DNA from: Tortispora ganteri
Lineage: Eukaryota
Length of the DNA stretch: 64,000 nucleotides
Direction of reading: 5' to 3'
Assembly: GCA_003707115.1 (NCBI GenBank)
Contig: PPNB01000008.1
Coordinates: 124,001-188,000, forward strand
Below, piece after piece: positions 11,805 to 23,515 of the stretch. The stretch's first letter is position 1. Every line of letters starts with the position of its first letter. Below the pieces are notes generated by a model. The model was not told where the DNA came from. It saw only the letters and a list, made by a program, of their open reading frames with translations, and searched no databases. Position numbers and translations under genes: made by a program.

Positions 11805-11836
11805 TACTAACATTAATACCTACTATTTTCTCTTAG
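11805..11836 (+). other. Perfect spliceosomal branch point (TACTAAC) with pyrimidine tract and TAG acceptor
   Basis: TACTAAC 11805-11811; first downstream AG at 11835-11836 after TATTTTCTCT. Confidence 0.55.
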
Positions 11837-12059
11837 AAGGAAAAACACTGCGTACAGAGAAAGTGATAACTAGCTGAACCTTTGACACTATTCACTATAG
11901 TCGAGTAGAAGAATCGTTGGCTAGAACTAGTTTTAAGCTCAATTTAAAGTAATTAATGCACAGTATTTACTGCTGTATATACTGAATTTGTTTTGGATTT
12001 CTATATACTTCCCCTCTGTTTACTTCGAAATTAGATAGTGTTTTGTCGACTTGCCAAAA

Positions 12060-15000
12060 ATGGACGAATCTACAACAATATCGAATCTAAATAATGCATC
12101 TAAAATTGATTTTGAGCTAGACCCAGAGCTCTACGGCTTAAGACGGAGCTCACGCGCACACCATAGTGTTGCCCGTCTGGTAGAAGAAATAGATGATTCG
12201 GATCCCTCACCGAAAAGAAGAAAGACCTCAAAATACGTCTCTGAATCAAACTCTGATACCGATGACGATATGCCTCTTATAAAGCAGCACAAACCTCGGC
12301 AAAAGAGAAAGTCGGCTACACCTCAGCCTGATATCCCTACTGAAATACGATTTTCTACGCGTAACCAGAAAGTCATGAACTATAACGAGGACGACGATGA
12401 CGATCTCTCGCTCAGTGACGAGGAAATGCCTAATGACTCCTTAGGGGATGATGATGACGATAATGACGATGATGATGAAGACGATGAAGACTATGGCTAC
12501 GGTACTAAATCTAAATCGCGATCTAAAAAACAGGTTTCGACTCCGCGAACGGGCACTTCAACACCCCAGATAGAAGAATTCAATGAAAATGATCGCGGTA
12601 TAGATCAAGTCTTAGATCATCGTCCGATTGGAATCTCTGCTGATACTGCGTCCTATGACTCTTCTTCCCTTGATCCCTATTCTGACCTAGAATACTACGT
12701 GAAGTGGCAAGGTGCTTCTCATATTCACAATTCTTGGGAAACTTATGACCAATTAAAAAACCTTCGAGGAACAAAGAGGCTTGATAACTACATAAGATAT
12801 CAAGTATTTTATGACCAGGAAGTACGAAAAGATCCTATGACTACTAGAGAGGATATAGAATCAATGGATATTGAACGGGATCGTCAGCGCGAGAATTATG
12901 AGGAATACAAAACCGTCGACAGAGTAGTCGCTGCTCGTCGTATATTAGATGGTTCTGTCAGCAGACTGCAATATCTCATTAAATGGTGTCGACTTTATTA
13001 TGATTCTTGTACGTGGGAAGACGCACAGCTCATAGCTAAACTTTCCCCTAAAGATGTCGACGCATTTCGGTCACGCGAATCGTCTAGAATTGCTCCGGCT
13101 TTGTCTATTGTTTATGGCCCACAAAGACCACCATTTGAGAAACTCACTGAACAGCCAACTTACATTAAGGGTGGCGAACTGAGAGATTTTCAATTGACTG
13201 GTTTGAATTGGATGGCTTTCCTGTGGTCGCGTAATGAAAACGGAATTTTGGCGGACGAAATGGGGTTGGGCAAGACTGTTCAAACAGTTGCTTTTCTTTC
13301 GTGGCTCATTCATGCGCGAAAACAAAATGGACCGTTCCTTGTCGTAGTTCCATTGTCCACGATGCCGGCATGGCAGGAAACTTTTGATCTATGGGCCCCT
13401 GATATCAATTACATTGTCAATCTTGGTAACAGCAAAGCGAGACAAATTCTTAGAGAGCACGAATTTTTTGTGAATTCCAACATAAAAAAGCCGAAATTTA
13501 ACGTTCTCTTAACAACTTACGAATATATCCTAAAAGACCGCAGCGAACTCGGGTCTATCAAATGGCAATTTTTGGCTGTTGACGAAGCTCATCGCTTAAA
13601 GAATGCAGAGTCCGCTCTGTATGAATGTCTTAAGAACTTTAAAGTTGCCAATCGTCTTCTAATCACTGGTACTCCACTACAGAATAATATAAAAGAGCTT
13701 TCTGCATTAGTGGAGTTCTTGATGCCTGGCAGAATAGCTATTGACCAAGAAATCGATTTTGAAAATCCTGACGTGGACCAGGAAAACTATATCAAGTCTA
13801 TCCATGCTAGTTTGCAACCTTACATTCTACGTCGACTTAAAAAAGATGTCGAGAAGAGTTTACCCTCAAAATCTGAACACATTTTACGCGTTGTGATGTC
13901 TGACATGCAGACAGAATACTATAAGAATATTATCTCTCGCAATTATGCTGCACTGAATGCTGGTGCTACTTCCGGCTTGCAGATGAGTTTGTTAAATATT
14001 ATGATCGAGCTCAAAAAGGCCAGCAATCATCCATACCTTTTCCCTCACGCCGAGGAACGTTATTACTCAATGGTTGGGAATGACCGCTCACGCGAATCAA
14101 CACTCAAGGGGCTGATTATGACTTCTGGAAAGATGGTACTTCTTGATAAGCTGCTAAGTCGTCTTAAGAAAGATGGTCACAGAGTATTGATTTTTTCTCA
14201 AATGGTTCGAATGTTGGATATTTTAGGCGATTACCTGACGATAAGGGGTCATACCTTTCAAAGGCTCGACGGTACTATTCCTGCTGCTTCAAGGAGAATA
14301 GCTATTGACCACTTTAATTCGCCAGACAGTAACGATTTTGTGTTTTTGCTGAGTACTCGTGCAGGTGGCTTAGGCATCAACTTAATGACTGCTGATACTG
14401 TTATCATCTTTGACTCTGATTGGAATCCGCAAGCTGATTTACAAGCCATGGCTAGAGCTCACAGAATTGGCCAAAAGAACCATGTTCATGTATATCGATT
14501 TGTTTCAAAAGATACTATTGAGGAAGAAGTTTTGGAACGTGCTAGACGCAAAATGATTTTGGAATATGCTATAATATCTCTTGGTATGATCGACAATGGT
14601 GGTAACAGCTCCAAAAATGAACCTACGGCCAAAGAACTTAGCGTTATTCTGAAAGCTGGCGCTGGGAATATGTTTAGGGCTACAGATAATCAAAAGAAGC
14701 TTGAGGAAATGAACATCGATGACGTTCTTGAACATGCTGAAGACCATGTTACTACACCAGATGTAGGTCAGTCTCATCTTGGTGGTGAAGAATTCTTGAA
14801 GCAGTTCGAGGTCACTGATTATAAGGCTGATGATGTTGAATGGGATGATATTATTCCTGCTGATGAGCTCAATCGAATCAAAGAGGAAGAGAAGAAAAGG
14901 CAAGAGGAATTATTTCTTCAGCAACAAATTGAAATGTATTCCCGACGTCGTACAGCAGCGGTCAAAAGTGCGACATCGACTCCTATGGGTGATGACGGCG

Positions 15001-16436
15001 ATGACGAAGATGATGACGAAGGTACTGGCACGGATGGTCCTCGCCGAAAACGAGGCAGAAAGCCTAAGGTAGATGTTGAAGATTCGAATAACATCTCCGA
15101 AAAGGAACTTAGAATGATTTATCGTGCAGTGTTGAAGTTTGGAGATCTTGATAGCGACTGGGAATATTATTTCTCTGAAGGTATTTTGCCTACCGGAAAA
15201 AAGGAACTTGTAAAAGAAGTTTTTTTTGAAATGAGAAAGGCAGCCGAAGAAGCTGTTAAGGCTGAAGAGGCCCGGCGTACTGCTGTCGCAGAGGAGATTG
15301 CTAAGCTTAAGGCAGAGGGAAATATTGAAGCTTCAACACGACTTCGCAGACAAGAAAGAAAGGGTGTTTTTATTGAGTTCCGTGGTGTTAAAGGTTTAAA
15401 TGCCGAGCTTATTGTTGATCGGCCAAAGGATATGGCTATCATTCGTGAACTTATTCCACTCGAGCAAGCCAATGCTGACTTTACTTTGAATTATTCTGTT
15501 AAACCTGCTCATGGTTGGAGTTGCGATTGGGGTATCAAGCAAGATTCTAGTTTATTGGTCGGAGTGAGAAAATACGGTTTTGGTTCATGGTCTGCTATTC
15601 GTGATGATCCCTTCCTGGGTATGAGTGACATTTTTTTCCTGGATGAGTACAAAGGTGACAAGAGATCAAAAGATAAGGCTCCAACGGTAGTAAAATCTGA
15701 AGATAGAGATAACTCTTCCAAGCCTGAAGGGAATTCCCCTGAAGGAAAAGCGGAAACTGCTGAAATTAAGCAAGAAAACGACAACAATGCAGACACTCCT
15801 ACTCCATCAGATAAGCCGCCTAAAAGTGAGAGATCTGCAGCTAAAATACCTGGACCTCATCATTTAGCACGTCGCGTTGAATATCTACTGCACGTTATTA
15901 AAGATGCTAAGTATGGCACGTCTAAAGCTGTGGTTAATGGTTCACGAGAAACGCCTAGTATAGCGCCCAAGAAGAAGAGAAAGCCCGCCGCATCAAACTC
16001 GAAAGGTTCAACTGAAACAGGAGTGACCAAGTCATCTTCTAAGAATGCAGCAGGATCGCAACAGAAAGAAAATAAACCTACAGAATCTCCTAAGGGTACT
16101 CCAGCACCCGGCAGTAACAAAGTTATGGAAGATGATTATTCAGAGTATGAGAGCATGGATGAAGGCGAATGCAAAACCACGATGCATCCTGTGCGAAAGT
16201 CATTGAGACGTTTGAGAAAAGGTGGCGACGGCCTAGACAAGAAAGAATGGGTGGCTATTCTAAAGAAGGAACTTACTACTGTTGGAAAGTATATAGACGA
16301 TATAGTCAAGGGGTATTCTGGCGACCAAGAGAAACGCAGCCGACACTTATGGGTGTTTGTGAGTTATTTTTGGCCTGCAAAGGTATCAAGTTCGAAAATT
16401 CGGACTATGTATGAAAGACTCAAAAGCTCTGCTTGA
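12060..16436 (+). CDS. CHD1: Chromodomain helicase DNA-binding chromatin remodeller
   Basis: Tandem chromodomains, SNF2 ATPase ([25 protein letters not shown]), SANT/SLIDE-like region; first ATG at 12060. Confidence 0.96.
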   Translation: MDESTTISNLNNASKIDFELDPELYGLRRSSRAHHSVARLVEEIDDSDPSPKRRKTSKYVSESNSDTDDDMPLIKQHKPRQKRKSATPQPDIPTEIRFSTRNQKVMNYNEDDDDDLSLSDEEMPNDSLGDDDDDNDDDDEDDEDYGYGTKSKSRSKKQVSTPRTGTSTPQIEEFNENDRGIDQVLDHRPIGISADTASYDSSSLDPYSDLEYYVKWQGASHIHNSWETYDQLKNLRGTKRLDNYIRYQVFYDQEVRKDPMTTREDIESMDIERDRQRENYEEYKTVDRVVAARRILDGSVSRLQYLIKWCRLYYDSCTWEDAQLIAKLSPKDVDAFRSRESSRIAPALSIVYGPQRPPFEKLTEQPTYIKGGELRDFQLTGLNWMAFLWSRNENGILADEMGLGKTVQTVAFLSWLIHARKQNGPFLVVVPLSTMPAWQETFDLWAPDINYIVNLGNSKARQILREHEFFVNSNIKKPKFNVLLTTYEYILKDRSELGSIKWQFLAVDEAHRLKNAESALYECLKNFKVANRLLITGTPLQNNIKELSALVEFLMPGRIAIDQEIDFENPDVDQENYIKSIHASLQPYILRRLKKDVEKSLPSKSEHILRVVMSDMQTEYYKNIISRNYAALNAGATSGLQMSLLNIMIELKKASNHPYLFPHAEERYYSMVGNDRSRESTLKGLIMTSGKMVLLDKLLSRLKKDGHRVLIFSQMVRMLDILGDYLTIRGHTFQRLDGTIPAASRRIAIDHFNSPDSNDFVFLLSTRAGGLGINLMTADTVIIFDSDWNPQADLQAMARAHRIGQKNHVHVYRFVSKDTIEEEVLERARRKMILEYAIISLGMIDNGGNSSKNEPTAKELSVILKAGAGNMFRATDNQKKLEEMNIDDVLEHAEDHVTTPDVGQSHLGGEEFLKQFEVTDYKADDVEWDDIIPADELNRIKEEEKKRQEELFLQQQIEMYSRRRTAAVKSATSTPMGDDGDDEDDDEGTGTDGPRRKRGRKPKVDVEDSNNISEKELRMIYRAVLKFGDLDSDWEYYFSEGILPTGKKELVKEVFFEMRKAAEEAVKAEEARRTAVAEEIAKLKAEGNIEASTRLRRQERKGVFIEFRGVKGLNAELIVDRPKDMAIIRELIPLEQANADFTLNYSVKPAHGWSCDWGIKQDSSLLVGVRKYGFGSWSAIRDDPFLGMSDIFFLDEYKGDKRSKDKAPTVVKSEDRDNSSKPEGNSPEGKAETAEIKQENDNNADTPTPSDKPPKSERSAAKIPGPHHLARRVEYLLHVIKDAKYGTSKAVVNGSRETPSIAPKKKRKPAASNSKGSTETGVTKSSSKNAAGSQQKENKPTESPKGTPAPGSNKVMEDDYSEYESMDEGECKTTMHPVRKSLRRLRKGGDGLDKKEWVAILKKELTTVGKYIDDIVKGYSGDQEKRSRHLWVFVSYFWPAKVSSSKIRTMYERLKSSA

Positions 16437-16615
16437 ATTTTGGCAGAGATTCAAGCTTTTTTGTGAAAGATATATGACATTTATCTATCTCGGAATGTGT
16501 TTGTAGCGCCGCACATACCTAATTAAGTAATTTTAGATCAAACTTTTTCATTGAGGCCAAAACAAATATATTATTGTATTTTGACAATACCTTTTAAGCT
16601 GATCATATAACCGGA

Positions 16616-17902
16616 ATGAGTAAAAGGAATATAATTTGGGAACTTGATTTACTTGAAGCATCGCTAGGAAGAGATACGAGACTAGCTAGGTCTAAATTCG
16701 CGGCTAAGAAGCATGAGAAAAGAGAAGATGGTGGAAAAGAAATCGATCGTGCAGCTGTCGAAACCGAGATAGTCACTTTGAAAAAAGATTATATGTTGCA
16801 AAAAGTTCACTATGGATGTAAACAAATAGCTAGGGCGATGAAAAAAGTTCGACCAGTTGAAATGCAGAGGCTGAAAAAAAGAATGAAACAACATAAGAAA
16901 CAAACAGAGAAAGTTGCAAGGTATGAAGAAGAAATGGTAGTGCTGAAGAACCTAGATTATGATGTTTATGGTGCATGTCATTTATCTAAACACGTTAAAA
17001 ATGATGAAGAGTTATTGAAATATATGGAAGAATTTGTCTGTGAAAATGACCCGACTGAATTGTACAAAAGCAGTAGCGTTGCTGAGCGTAATGTCGCGGC
17101 ACGGTTATATGGACAGAGTTCAGTAAGCGATACAGTCAAAGAGGTGCTTAATACTCTTAAGAAAAGCTATCAATATATCGAGAATGGTGATAAAAGCGCG
17201 AAGAAGGATGTTCACAATGAAGATGTGCAGAACGCACAAGATACCGAGAAGAAGGAACAAGAGACTGAAGAATCAGATGAAACCGACCGAATGGTTGTGA
17301 TTATACCTGACGACGACATCTCTGTAGACACAACTGAAGTTGAGGAATTTTTCAGTGCTGACGAGGATTACAACGACGACACGGATTCAGAACCATTAAT
17401 GACCGAACCGGCTACTATATCTAATGATAAGCCTTTAGACTTTCAAGATCCAAGCCTGCAAGATATAAATTCAGATAATGAGGAAACAAAAGAATTGAAT
17501 AACTTGCCTGAACTAACTACAGGATATTATTCCGGATCGGATGCATCTGATATTGAAATGGAAGAGGTACCGGAAGAACCAAAGAAGAAGAATCGAATGG
17601 GGCAAAGAGCTCGACGAGAACTGTGGGAGAAGAAATATGGAAAGAATGCTAATCATCTGAAAAACGACAAAGGACAGAATCAAAAGGGATCGAATAGTTT
17701 ACGACCGGTAAAAGATTTTCGATCACATCGAGATAACAAGATTCATAAAGAGACTAGGTCAAGAGAAGACTTTAAGAAATTCAAAAAAGATACAACAAAA
17801 GCTGTCGACCTTGAAACATTGCATCCATCATGGGCGGCACGCAAGAAAGAAATATCAGCCTTTTCAGTAAAACCAAAGGGTACAAAGGTGAAATTCGATT
17901 AA
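16616..17902 (+). CDS. BUD22: Ribosome biogenesis protein Bud22 (SRFBP1 family)
   Basis: KKNRMGQRARRELWEKKYGKNANH and LHPSWAA...GTKVKFD C-terminal motifs. Confidence 0.88.
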   Translation: MSKRNIIWELDLLEASLGRDTRLARSKFAAKKHEKREDGGKEIDRAAVETEIVTLKKDYMLQKVHYGCKQIARAMKKVRPVEMQRLKKRMKQHKKQTEKVARYEEEMVVLKNLDYDVYGACHLSKHVKNDEELLKYMEEFVCENDPTELYKSSSVAERNVAARLYGQSSVSDTVKEVLNTLKKSYQYIENGDKSAKKDVHNEDVQNAQDTEKKEQETEESDETDRMVVIIPDDDISVDTTEVEEFFSADEDYNDDTDSEPLMTEPATISNDKPLDFQDPSLQDINSDNEETKELNNLPELTTGYYSGSDASDIEMEEVPEEPKKKNRMGQRARRELWEKKYGKNANHLKNDKGQNQKGSNSLRPVKDFRSHRDNKIHKETRSREDFKKFKKDTTKAVDLETLHPSWAARKKEISAFSVKPKGTKVKFD

Positions 17903-18161
17903 TGAATGTAATATTATATTACGTATAAATTATGATACACGGCTATTACGCTTTATGGTTGGTCAATTGGTGGGAAAGTGTTCATGTGACTGAAAACAGC
18001 AGTTATTAGAGAAAGGCGAAACTTGAGGGAGATATCCTCCCACTTACAAGACACCTGCTAACTTGTGCAAGACCTATACATTTAGCAGTTTTAAAGGCAC
18101 ATAATAACAGCCTTAGAGTTCTTAAAAAGGTCGAAAAAAGGTTGAAAAGTTTTGCATTTCA

Positions 18162-18887
18162 ATGTCAAGTGACGGATCCGAAGAACCTGTTATTGTATCA
18201 CCCCCAGAAATGTCGTCCGATTCATATGTAGAGACACCAGCTACCGCCACTACCGCTCCTACTGCTCCTACCGCACCGGCCACTTCTATCCCTATTGATA
18301 AGCAGCCTACCGCCAGCAAATACAGCGTCAAACAGGTACTCCTTTGGAAGAACCCTGTTGTCACAGGAGGTATTCTAGCATTTGTTGTTATTGGCATGAT
18401 TATTAGCACTAAACTCGACATGCCTCGTTTAATCATTAGACTCACTGCATTTTACCTTTGCAGCGTGGCAGTCGTAGAGTTTGCTAGCGCAAAGGCTAAG
18501 GGACAGTCAAAAGGTCTTGTAACTTCTTTCAAGCCTGTGAAACCTGTCGTTAAAGCTAGCTGCATCGAATCGCGTGCTGAGAAAATTGCGTCAAAAGCCA
18601 ATTGTGCTGTTTCTGGTATTTACAGCATTGTTTATGCCGATAATCCTGCCGTCACTGCCGTTGTGGGGTTCTCTATGCTGCTGCTAATGGGTCTGCTACG
18701 TACTTTCTCTTTGCTTGCCATTGTCCGTATGGCCATCTTGCTTGCTTTTGCGGTGCCTCCTCTCTATGTTAAATATGAGAAGCAAATTCACCAATATTTG
18801 TCTAAAGCTCAGACCGTCACACAGGAGAAGGCAAATTGCGCTTGGACAACCCTGCAATCAAAGATCGCGAAATCCAAGAAGGCATAA
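18162..18887 (+). CDS. Reticulon-like ER-shaping protein
   Basis: LLWKNPVVTG start of reticulon domain, two long hydrophobic segments, AFAVPPLYVKYEKQI. Confidence 0.8.
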   Translation: MSSDGSEEPVIVSPPEMSSDSYVETPATATTAPTAPTAPATSIPIDKQPTASKYSVKQVLLWKNPVVTGGILAFVVIGMIISTKLDMPRLIIRLTAFYLCSVAVVEFASAKAKGQSKGLVTSFKPVKPVVKASCIESRAEKIASKANCAVSGIYSIVYADNPAVTAVVGFSMLLLMGLLRTFSLLAIVRMAILLAFAVPPLYVKYEKQIHQYLSKAQTVTQEKANCAWTTLQSKIAKSKKA

Positions 18888-18978
18888 TTGACCTTTTAAT
18901 CCTGGTCTCGCCCGCAGCTCGTTTACTTGTTTCCTTAATTGTTAGTTTCGGGTAAATATATCCGTTTATATACATATA

Positions 18979-19227
18979 TTAAGTCATTTCCTCGTCTTTA
19001 GCTCCAGTTTTTTTTAGCTCTTCTCGCAACTGCTCAGCGAATGACCCAGGATGGTCTTCGTCCTCCCATTTCTCCTCCCATAGGTGGTCCGTGCCGCCCT
19101 CAGGTCCGCTTTCTCCAGCCTTCCAGTCTTCAACAGGGAAATCTTCAAACTCGTCGTCTTCCTCTAAGCTTATGATCGTATCATCAGCCGCCTTCTTGAC
19201 GCCACTGTTATCGACGGGTTCAGTCAT
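18979..19227 (-). CDS. SEM1: Proteasome lid / TREX-2 subunit Sem1 (DSS1)
   Basis: LEEDDEFEDFPVEDW and LWEEKWEDED..F.EQLREEL; ATG 19227 preferred, upstream ATG at 19266 possible. Confidence 0.92.
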   Translation of the reverse strand: MTEPVDNSGVKKAADDTIISLEEDDEFEDFPVEDWKAGESGPEGGTDHLWEEKWEDEDHPGSFAEQLREELKKTGAKDEEMT

Positions 19228-19434
19228 TGCCGTGTATAGTCTCTGTACAGGTTGGACCAGCGTCATTCACCGGCTCTAATTGGTGTTGTCATGGCAATTA
19301 TGAATATTCGCTCCTGCCTATTTCTATCAAGGAAACAAAAGCCTCATCCACAGACTCCCCCCCTAGGTAGCGCCTGTAGATCGAATCCTTGTACTGTAAT
19401 CATTACGACTGCTGTCGCGACTGATATTATTACT

Positions 19435-19860
19435 ATGCGTTTGAATCTATACGGTTATTTTTTGCTACTTATATCTGCGGCTGTCGTACAGGCGCAAGGT
19501 ATTCAAGTGAACCAGGACGATGTCGCTTCGACTTCTACTAGTAGCTCGACATCGCGTTGGCCAACTACTGTCTGGGCTACATCTATAGTTGGTGGTGTGA
19601 CTAACACATATCTATCTACATACACACAACAGTTCAGTTCATTATACAGTGCATTTTACCAGCCCAGTTCTGGTAGTGTCGGACTAGGGAGTATTTCTGG
19701 CGAAGTTGGTACTGTGCGCGTGTACTCAACATCAGGCGCCCAGCCGGCCGCGACCCCGTTGATTTCTTCAATTATTCATTACTTAGAAATTCAGTCGCGT
19801 CTACCAACTTTGTTTATGACGATAAGTGTTCTTTTCGGCCTTGTAATTACCTGGATATGA
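19435..19860 (+). CDS. Kre1-like GPI-anchored cell-wall protein
   Basis: Signal peptide, S/T-rich stretch, YTQQFSSLYS...PSSGSVGLGSISGEVGTVR Kre1-like motif, hydrophobic C-terminus. Confidence 0.75.
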   Translation: MRLNLYGYFLLLISAAVVQAQGIQVNQDDVASTSTSSSTSRWPTTVWATSIVGGVTNTYLSTYTQQFSSLYSAFYQPSSGSVGLGSISGEVGTVRVYSTSGAQPAATPLISSIIHYLEIQSRLPTLFMTISVLFGLVITWI

Positions 19861-19929
19861 ACATTTCGTCCTTTGACGATATACATTAATGTACCTTAGC
19901 CCTTTGACGGGACCCCCTGACCTATATCA

Positions 19930-20748
19930 TCAGGTAACACACTCATTATTCTTTCCCTGCAGCATCGCATACAACGATTTTGCTTTGGGTATACTTGCGT
20001 GCGACAAACAAAATTCTTGCAGTTCATATTTGAAGTCGCCGAAAGCCTCGATCCCCTGACGCCGCATGATAGTTGCATCCAAGAACAAGCATATTCGTTC
20101 GACCATACTTCGGCGAACAGCATTCGGTTGACCCTCCATCGCTTTGCTGCCGTTTACTAGCACATAGTGCAAAATTTTCGGCAGCCTTTCGTGTATCAGA
20201 TAGAACGGTAACCTACTTATTATTTCATACATCTCTTCCAGGATCTTCAACGTAGGCGGCTGCTTGCTCAGCCATTCTAATTGCTCTATATCGTTTCCCT
20301 TAGCCTCGTTCCGTGGTATATGTACGACGCTACCGTCTTCGAACTGCACTTCGTTGATGCCCATGTCCCATAACGGCCGCGTGAATCGTAGCACGTCTAC
20401 CGTCAGATCGTCTCCAATACTGCTTTCGCAGAATTCTTTAACGGTGTACCTGCCGACATCAAGTCGATCCAATGCGCCGCACGCGATCAACCTGGCCATT
20501 CGCTGTAAAGGACCGTTACTACATTTCGTTTCTTTCAATATAGAGACGAGAAATGGGTTGCGTTCAAGCGAATCAAACGACCGGCCAGCAATGTAACAGC
20601 CTATCACCGGGCTGCGTGCCTTAATATCACTGAGCGTCATCAGTTTTCTTCCGCTAGTGCTATTCTCCAGCATGTTTTTCACATAGTCGAACAATTCGGC
20701 CAGGGGAACGTATGATCTGCTGCTCACATATTCCGCAATATGGTCCAT
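19930..20748 (-). CDS. CNOT11 (NOT11)-domain-like protein
   Basis: C-terminus VERICLFLDATI...ELQEFCLSHASIPKAKSLYAML resembles the CNOT11 C-terminal VRLVCVFLQSLI...EVQAFCIEFSRIREAA.LFRLL pattern (recalled from memory). Confidence 0.55.
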   Translation of the reverse strand: MDHIAEYVSSRSYVPLAELFDYVKNMLENSTSGRKLMTLSDIKARSPVIGCYIAGRSFDSLERNPFLVSILKETKCSNGPLQRMARLIACGALDRLDVGRYTVKEFCESSIGDDLTVDVLRFTRPLWDMGINEVQFEDGSVVHIPRNEAKGNDIEQLEWLSKQPPTLKILEEMYEIISRLPFYLIHERLPKILHYVLVNGSKAMEGQPNAVRRSMVERICLFLDATIMRRQGIEAFGDFKYELQEFCLSHASIPKAKSLYAMLQGKNNECVT

Positions 20749-20784
20749 CTAGCGCTAAAAAGGGCGAACGTACGAAAAGAAGTT

Positions 20785-20977
20785 CCGATACCGGAGCCTA
20801 TCAAGGCCCCCCCCTCCCCCAAGCGCCGCACCATGCCTCCTCTTTTTGTTACCACTACTCAATCATATTGAACAGTTGTGATTGGCTCATGAAATTACAT
20901 CCCGATTTCGCAGTCTAATAACGTTATTCTATTGGTTTATTTGGCCGAGAAACACATCGGGTTAGGTAATTGACTCA
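20785..20977. promoter_or_regulatory. LEU1 promoter: Leu3-type CCG-N4-CGG (20785-20794) and Gcn4 TGACTCA (20971-20977)
   Basis: Consensus matches upstream of a leucine-pathway gene; TATA-like tracts at ~20984 and ~21012. Confidence 0.65.
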
Positions 20978-21073
20978 CAATTTTATATATATTACTACTA
21001 ACACACCGACCTATATATAGTTAGTTACACTTTGATCTACCTCTATTATTTATAATTTCCATCATCCGCAGAA

Positions 21074-23416
21074 ATGCCCGTACAAAACACAGCACCTAAA
21101 ACTTTATACGATAAAGTGTTTGATGCACATGTTGTTGATCGCCAGGATGACGGCACTTGCCTACTTTTCATTGATCGTCATCTAGTTCACGAAGTTACTT
21201 CTCCACAAGCATTTGAGGGGCTTGCGAAAGCCAACCGCAAAGTGCGACGCACCGATTGCACTCTCGCCACCGTCGATCACAATATTCCAACTTCAAGCCG
21301 CGCTACATTCAAGAATATCGCATCGTTTGTCGAACAAGAAGACTCGAAACTACAATGTCTTACTCTTGAAGAAAATGTCAAGAAATTCGGCGTCAAGTAT
21401 TTTGGCCTAGATGACGCCCGTCAGGGTATCGTTCACGTAGTTGGTCCCGAGCAGGGATTTACTCTTCCCGGATCCACTGTAGTGTGTGGCGATTCGCACA
21501 CTTCTACTCACGGCGCCTTCGGTGCTCTTGCCTTCGGTATCGGCACATCTGAAGTTGAGCACGTCCTCGCTACACAGTGCCTACTTCAGTCCAAATCTAA
21601 GAACATGCTTGTTCAAGTCAATGGTAAACTTCCCAGTGGCGTCACATCCAAGGATTTGGTTCTTCACATTATCGGTCACATCGGCACTGCTGGTGGCACC
21701 GGCCACGTTATCGAGTTTGCGGGCGAGGCGATTCGTGACCTCACTATGGAGGCCAGAATGTCTATGTGCAATATGTCCATCGAAGGTGGCGCTAGGGCCG
21801 GTATGATTGCACCTGATGAAACTACTTTAAATTACATCAAGGGCCGCCCTCTTGCGCCGAAAGGCGACCAATGGGAGAAGGCCGTCCAGTATTGGAACAC
21901 TCTCAAGTCTGATCCTGGTGCCAAATTTGATACTGTTGTTGAAATAAATGCCGCAGATATCCCACCAACTGTCACTTGGGGTACCTCTCCACAAGATACC
22001 ATGGCTGTAACAGGCACTGTGCCTGATCCTGCAAAGGTGCAAGATCCAATCAAGAAAGCTGCTATGATCCGTGCTCTTGAATATATGGGACTAGAAGCCA
22101 ATATGCCTATCAAATCTATTAAAATCGACAAGGTATTTATAGGCTCGTGCACCAACTCACGAATCGAGGACTTGCGCGCTGCCGCCTCTATTGTCCGTGG
22201 TCAAAAAATTGCAGACAATATAAAAAGAGCAATGATTGTTCCTGGATCTGGTCTGGTAAAGCAAAGAGCGGAAAAGGAAGGACTTGATCAAGTTTTCAAG
22301 GATGCTGGGTTCGAATGGCGCGAAGCAGGATGTTCGATGTGTCTCGGTATGAACGAAGATATTCTCGACCCTTACGACAGATGCGCATCGACTTCGAACC
22401 GCAACTTTGAAGGCCGTCAAGGCGCTAAAGGTCGTACTCATCTTATGAGTCCTGCTATGGCTGCTGTTGCTGCTATTACCGGTTACATTGGCGATGTGCG
22501 TGAGTTTCAGCCAAACGCTTCTCCAGCTACGGAAATATTTCCAGATGAAGCTCAGTCCGACCTGGAAGCTAACGAGACCCTTCCTGCACCCACTATTCCT
22601 GAATCTGAGGCAGACAGAGAGTACGACATTCCTGATGATTCTCCCGAAGAAGAAGCTCTCATCGAAAAGGCTCAAAAAGTGTCTTCTGCAACCGGAATTC
22701 CGGTATTCAAACAAATAACCGGCATTGCTGCTCCTTTGGATATGGCTAATGTAGATACCGATGCTATTATTCCCAAGCAATTCTTGAAAACTATCAAACG
22801 CACCGGGTTGTCAGCTGGCCTGTTCTATGAACGCCGCTTTAACCTGACTGTTGGCTCTGATGGTAAACCGGTCCTCACAAAAACCGACTTCGTTCTGAAT
22901 GTTGCACCCTATGATAAGGCCAAAATGTTGGTCGTTAGCGGTGACAATTTTGGATGCGGAAGTTCACGCGAACACGCTCCTTGGGCACTTGCTGATTTTG
23001 GTATCCGATCGATTATTGCGCCCTCTTTTGGTGATATCTTCTTCAACAACTCTTTCAAAAACGGATTGCTTCCTATTGTCTTAGACAAGGAAACTATCAT
23101 TGAGAAACTCATGCCTGTTGCTCGGGCTGGCGAAGAGATGGAAATAGATCTTGAAGCTCAGCAGATAAAAGACTCTAATGGTAATGTGTTGGCCTCCTTT
23201 GACGTTGAACCTTTCAGAAAGCACTGTTTGGTCAATGGTCTTGACGATATTGGACTCACTCTGCAAAAGGAAGATCTGATTCAGCGATATGAGAAGCTCC
23301 GCAGTGATAAATTCTCTTGGATGGAAAGTCAGTCGAAGGAACTGATGGTGAAGCCACTTAAAACCCGTGCTGCTGCATTGAGCAAGCCTGGTATCAAGAG
23401 CGCTGTCGATTGGTAA
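21074..23416 (+). CDS. LEU1: 3-isopropylmalate dehydratase (fused large+small subunit)
   Basis: [40 protein letters not shown]. Confidence 0.97.
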   Translation: MPVQNTAPKTLYDKVFDAHVVDRQDDGTCLLFIDRHLVHEVTSPQAFEGLAKANRKVRRTDCTLATVDHNIPTSSRATFKNIASFVEQEDSKLQCLTLEENVKKFGVKYFGLDDARQGIVHVVGPEQGFTLPGSTVVCGDSHTSTHGAFGALAFGIGTSEVEHVLATQCLLQSKSKNMLVQVNGKLPSGVTSKDLVLHIIGHIGTAGGTGHVIEFAGEAIRDLTMEARMSMCNMSIEGGARAGMIAPDETTLNYIKGRPLAPKGDQWEKAVQYWNTLKSDPGAKFDTVVEINAADIPPTVTWGTSPQDTMAVTGTVPDPAKVQDPIKKAAMIRALEYMGLEANMPIKSIKIDKVFIGSCTNSRIEDLRAAASIVRGQKIADNIKRAMIVPGSGLVKQRAEKEGLDQVFKDAGFEWREAGCSMCLGMNEDILDPYDRCASTSNRNFEGRQGAKGRTHLMSPAMAAVAAITGYIGDVREFQPNASPATEIFPDEAQSDLEANETLPAPTIPESEADREYDIPDDSPEEEALIEKAQKVSSATGIPVFKQITGIAAPLDMANVDTDAIIPKQFLKTIKRTGLSAGLFYERRFNLTVGSDGKPVLTKTDFVLNVAPYDKAKMLVVSGDNFGCGSSREHAPWALADFGIRSIIAPSFGDIFFNNSFKNGLLPIVLDKETIIEKLMPVARAGEEMEIDLEAQQIKDSNGNVLASFDVEPFRKHCLVNGLDDIGLTLQKEDLIQRYEKLRSDKFSWMESQSKELMVKPLKTRAAALSKPGIKSAVDW

Positions 23417-23515
23417 TTTATACAAGTTTCATGAAAAATACGATCAGTGGTATTATGTTATTGTATGCATCATGTATATATATTCTTTAATCAGCCTTAA
23501 TTAAGTTGTGCTAGT

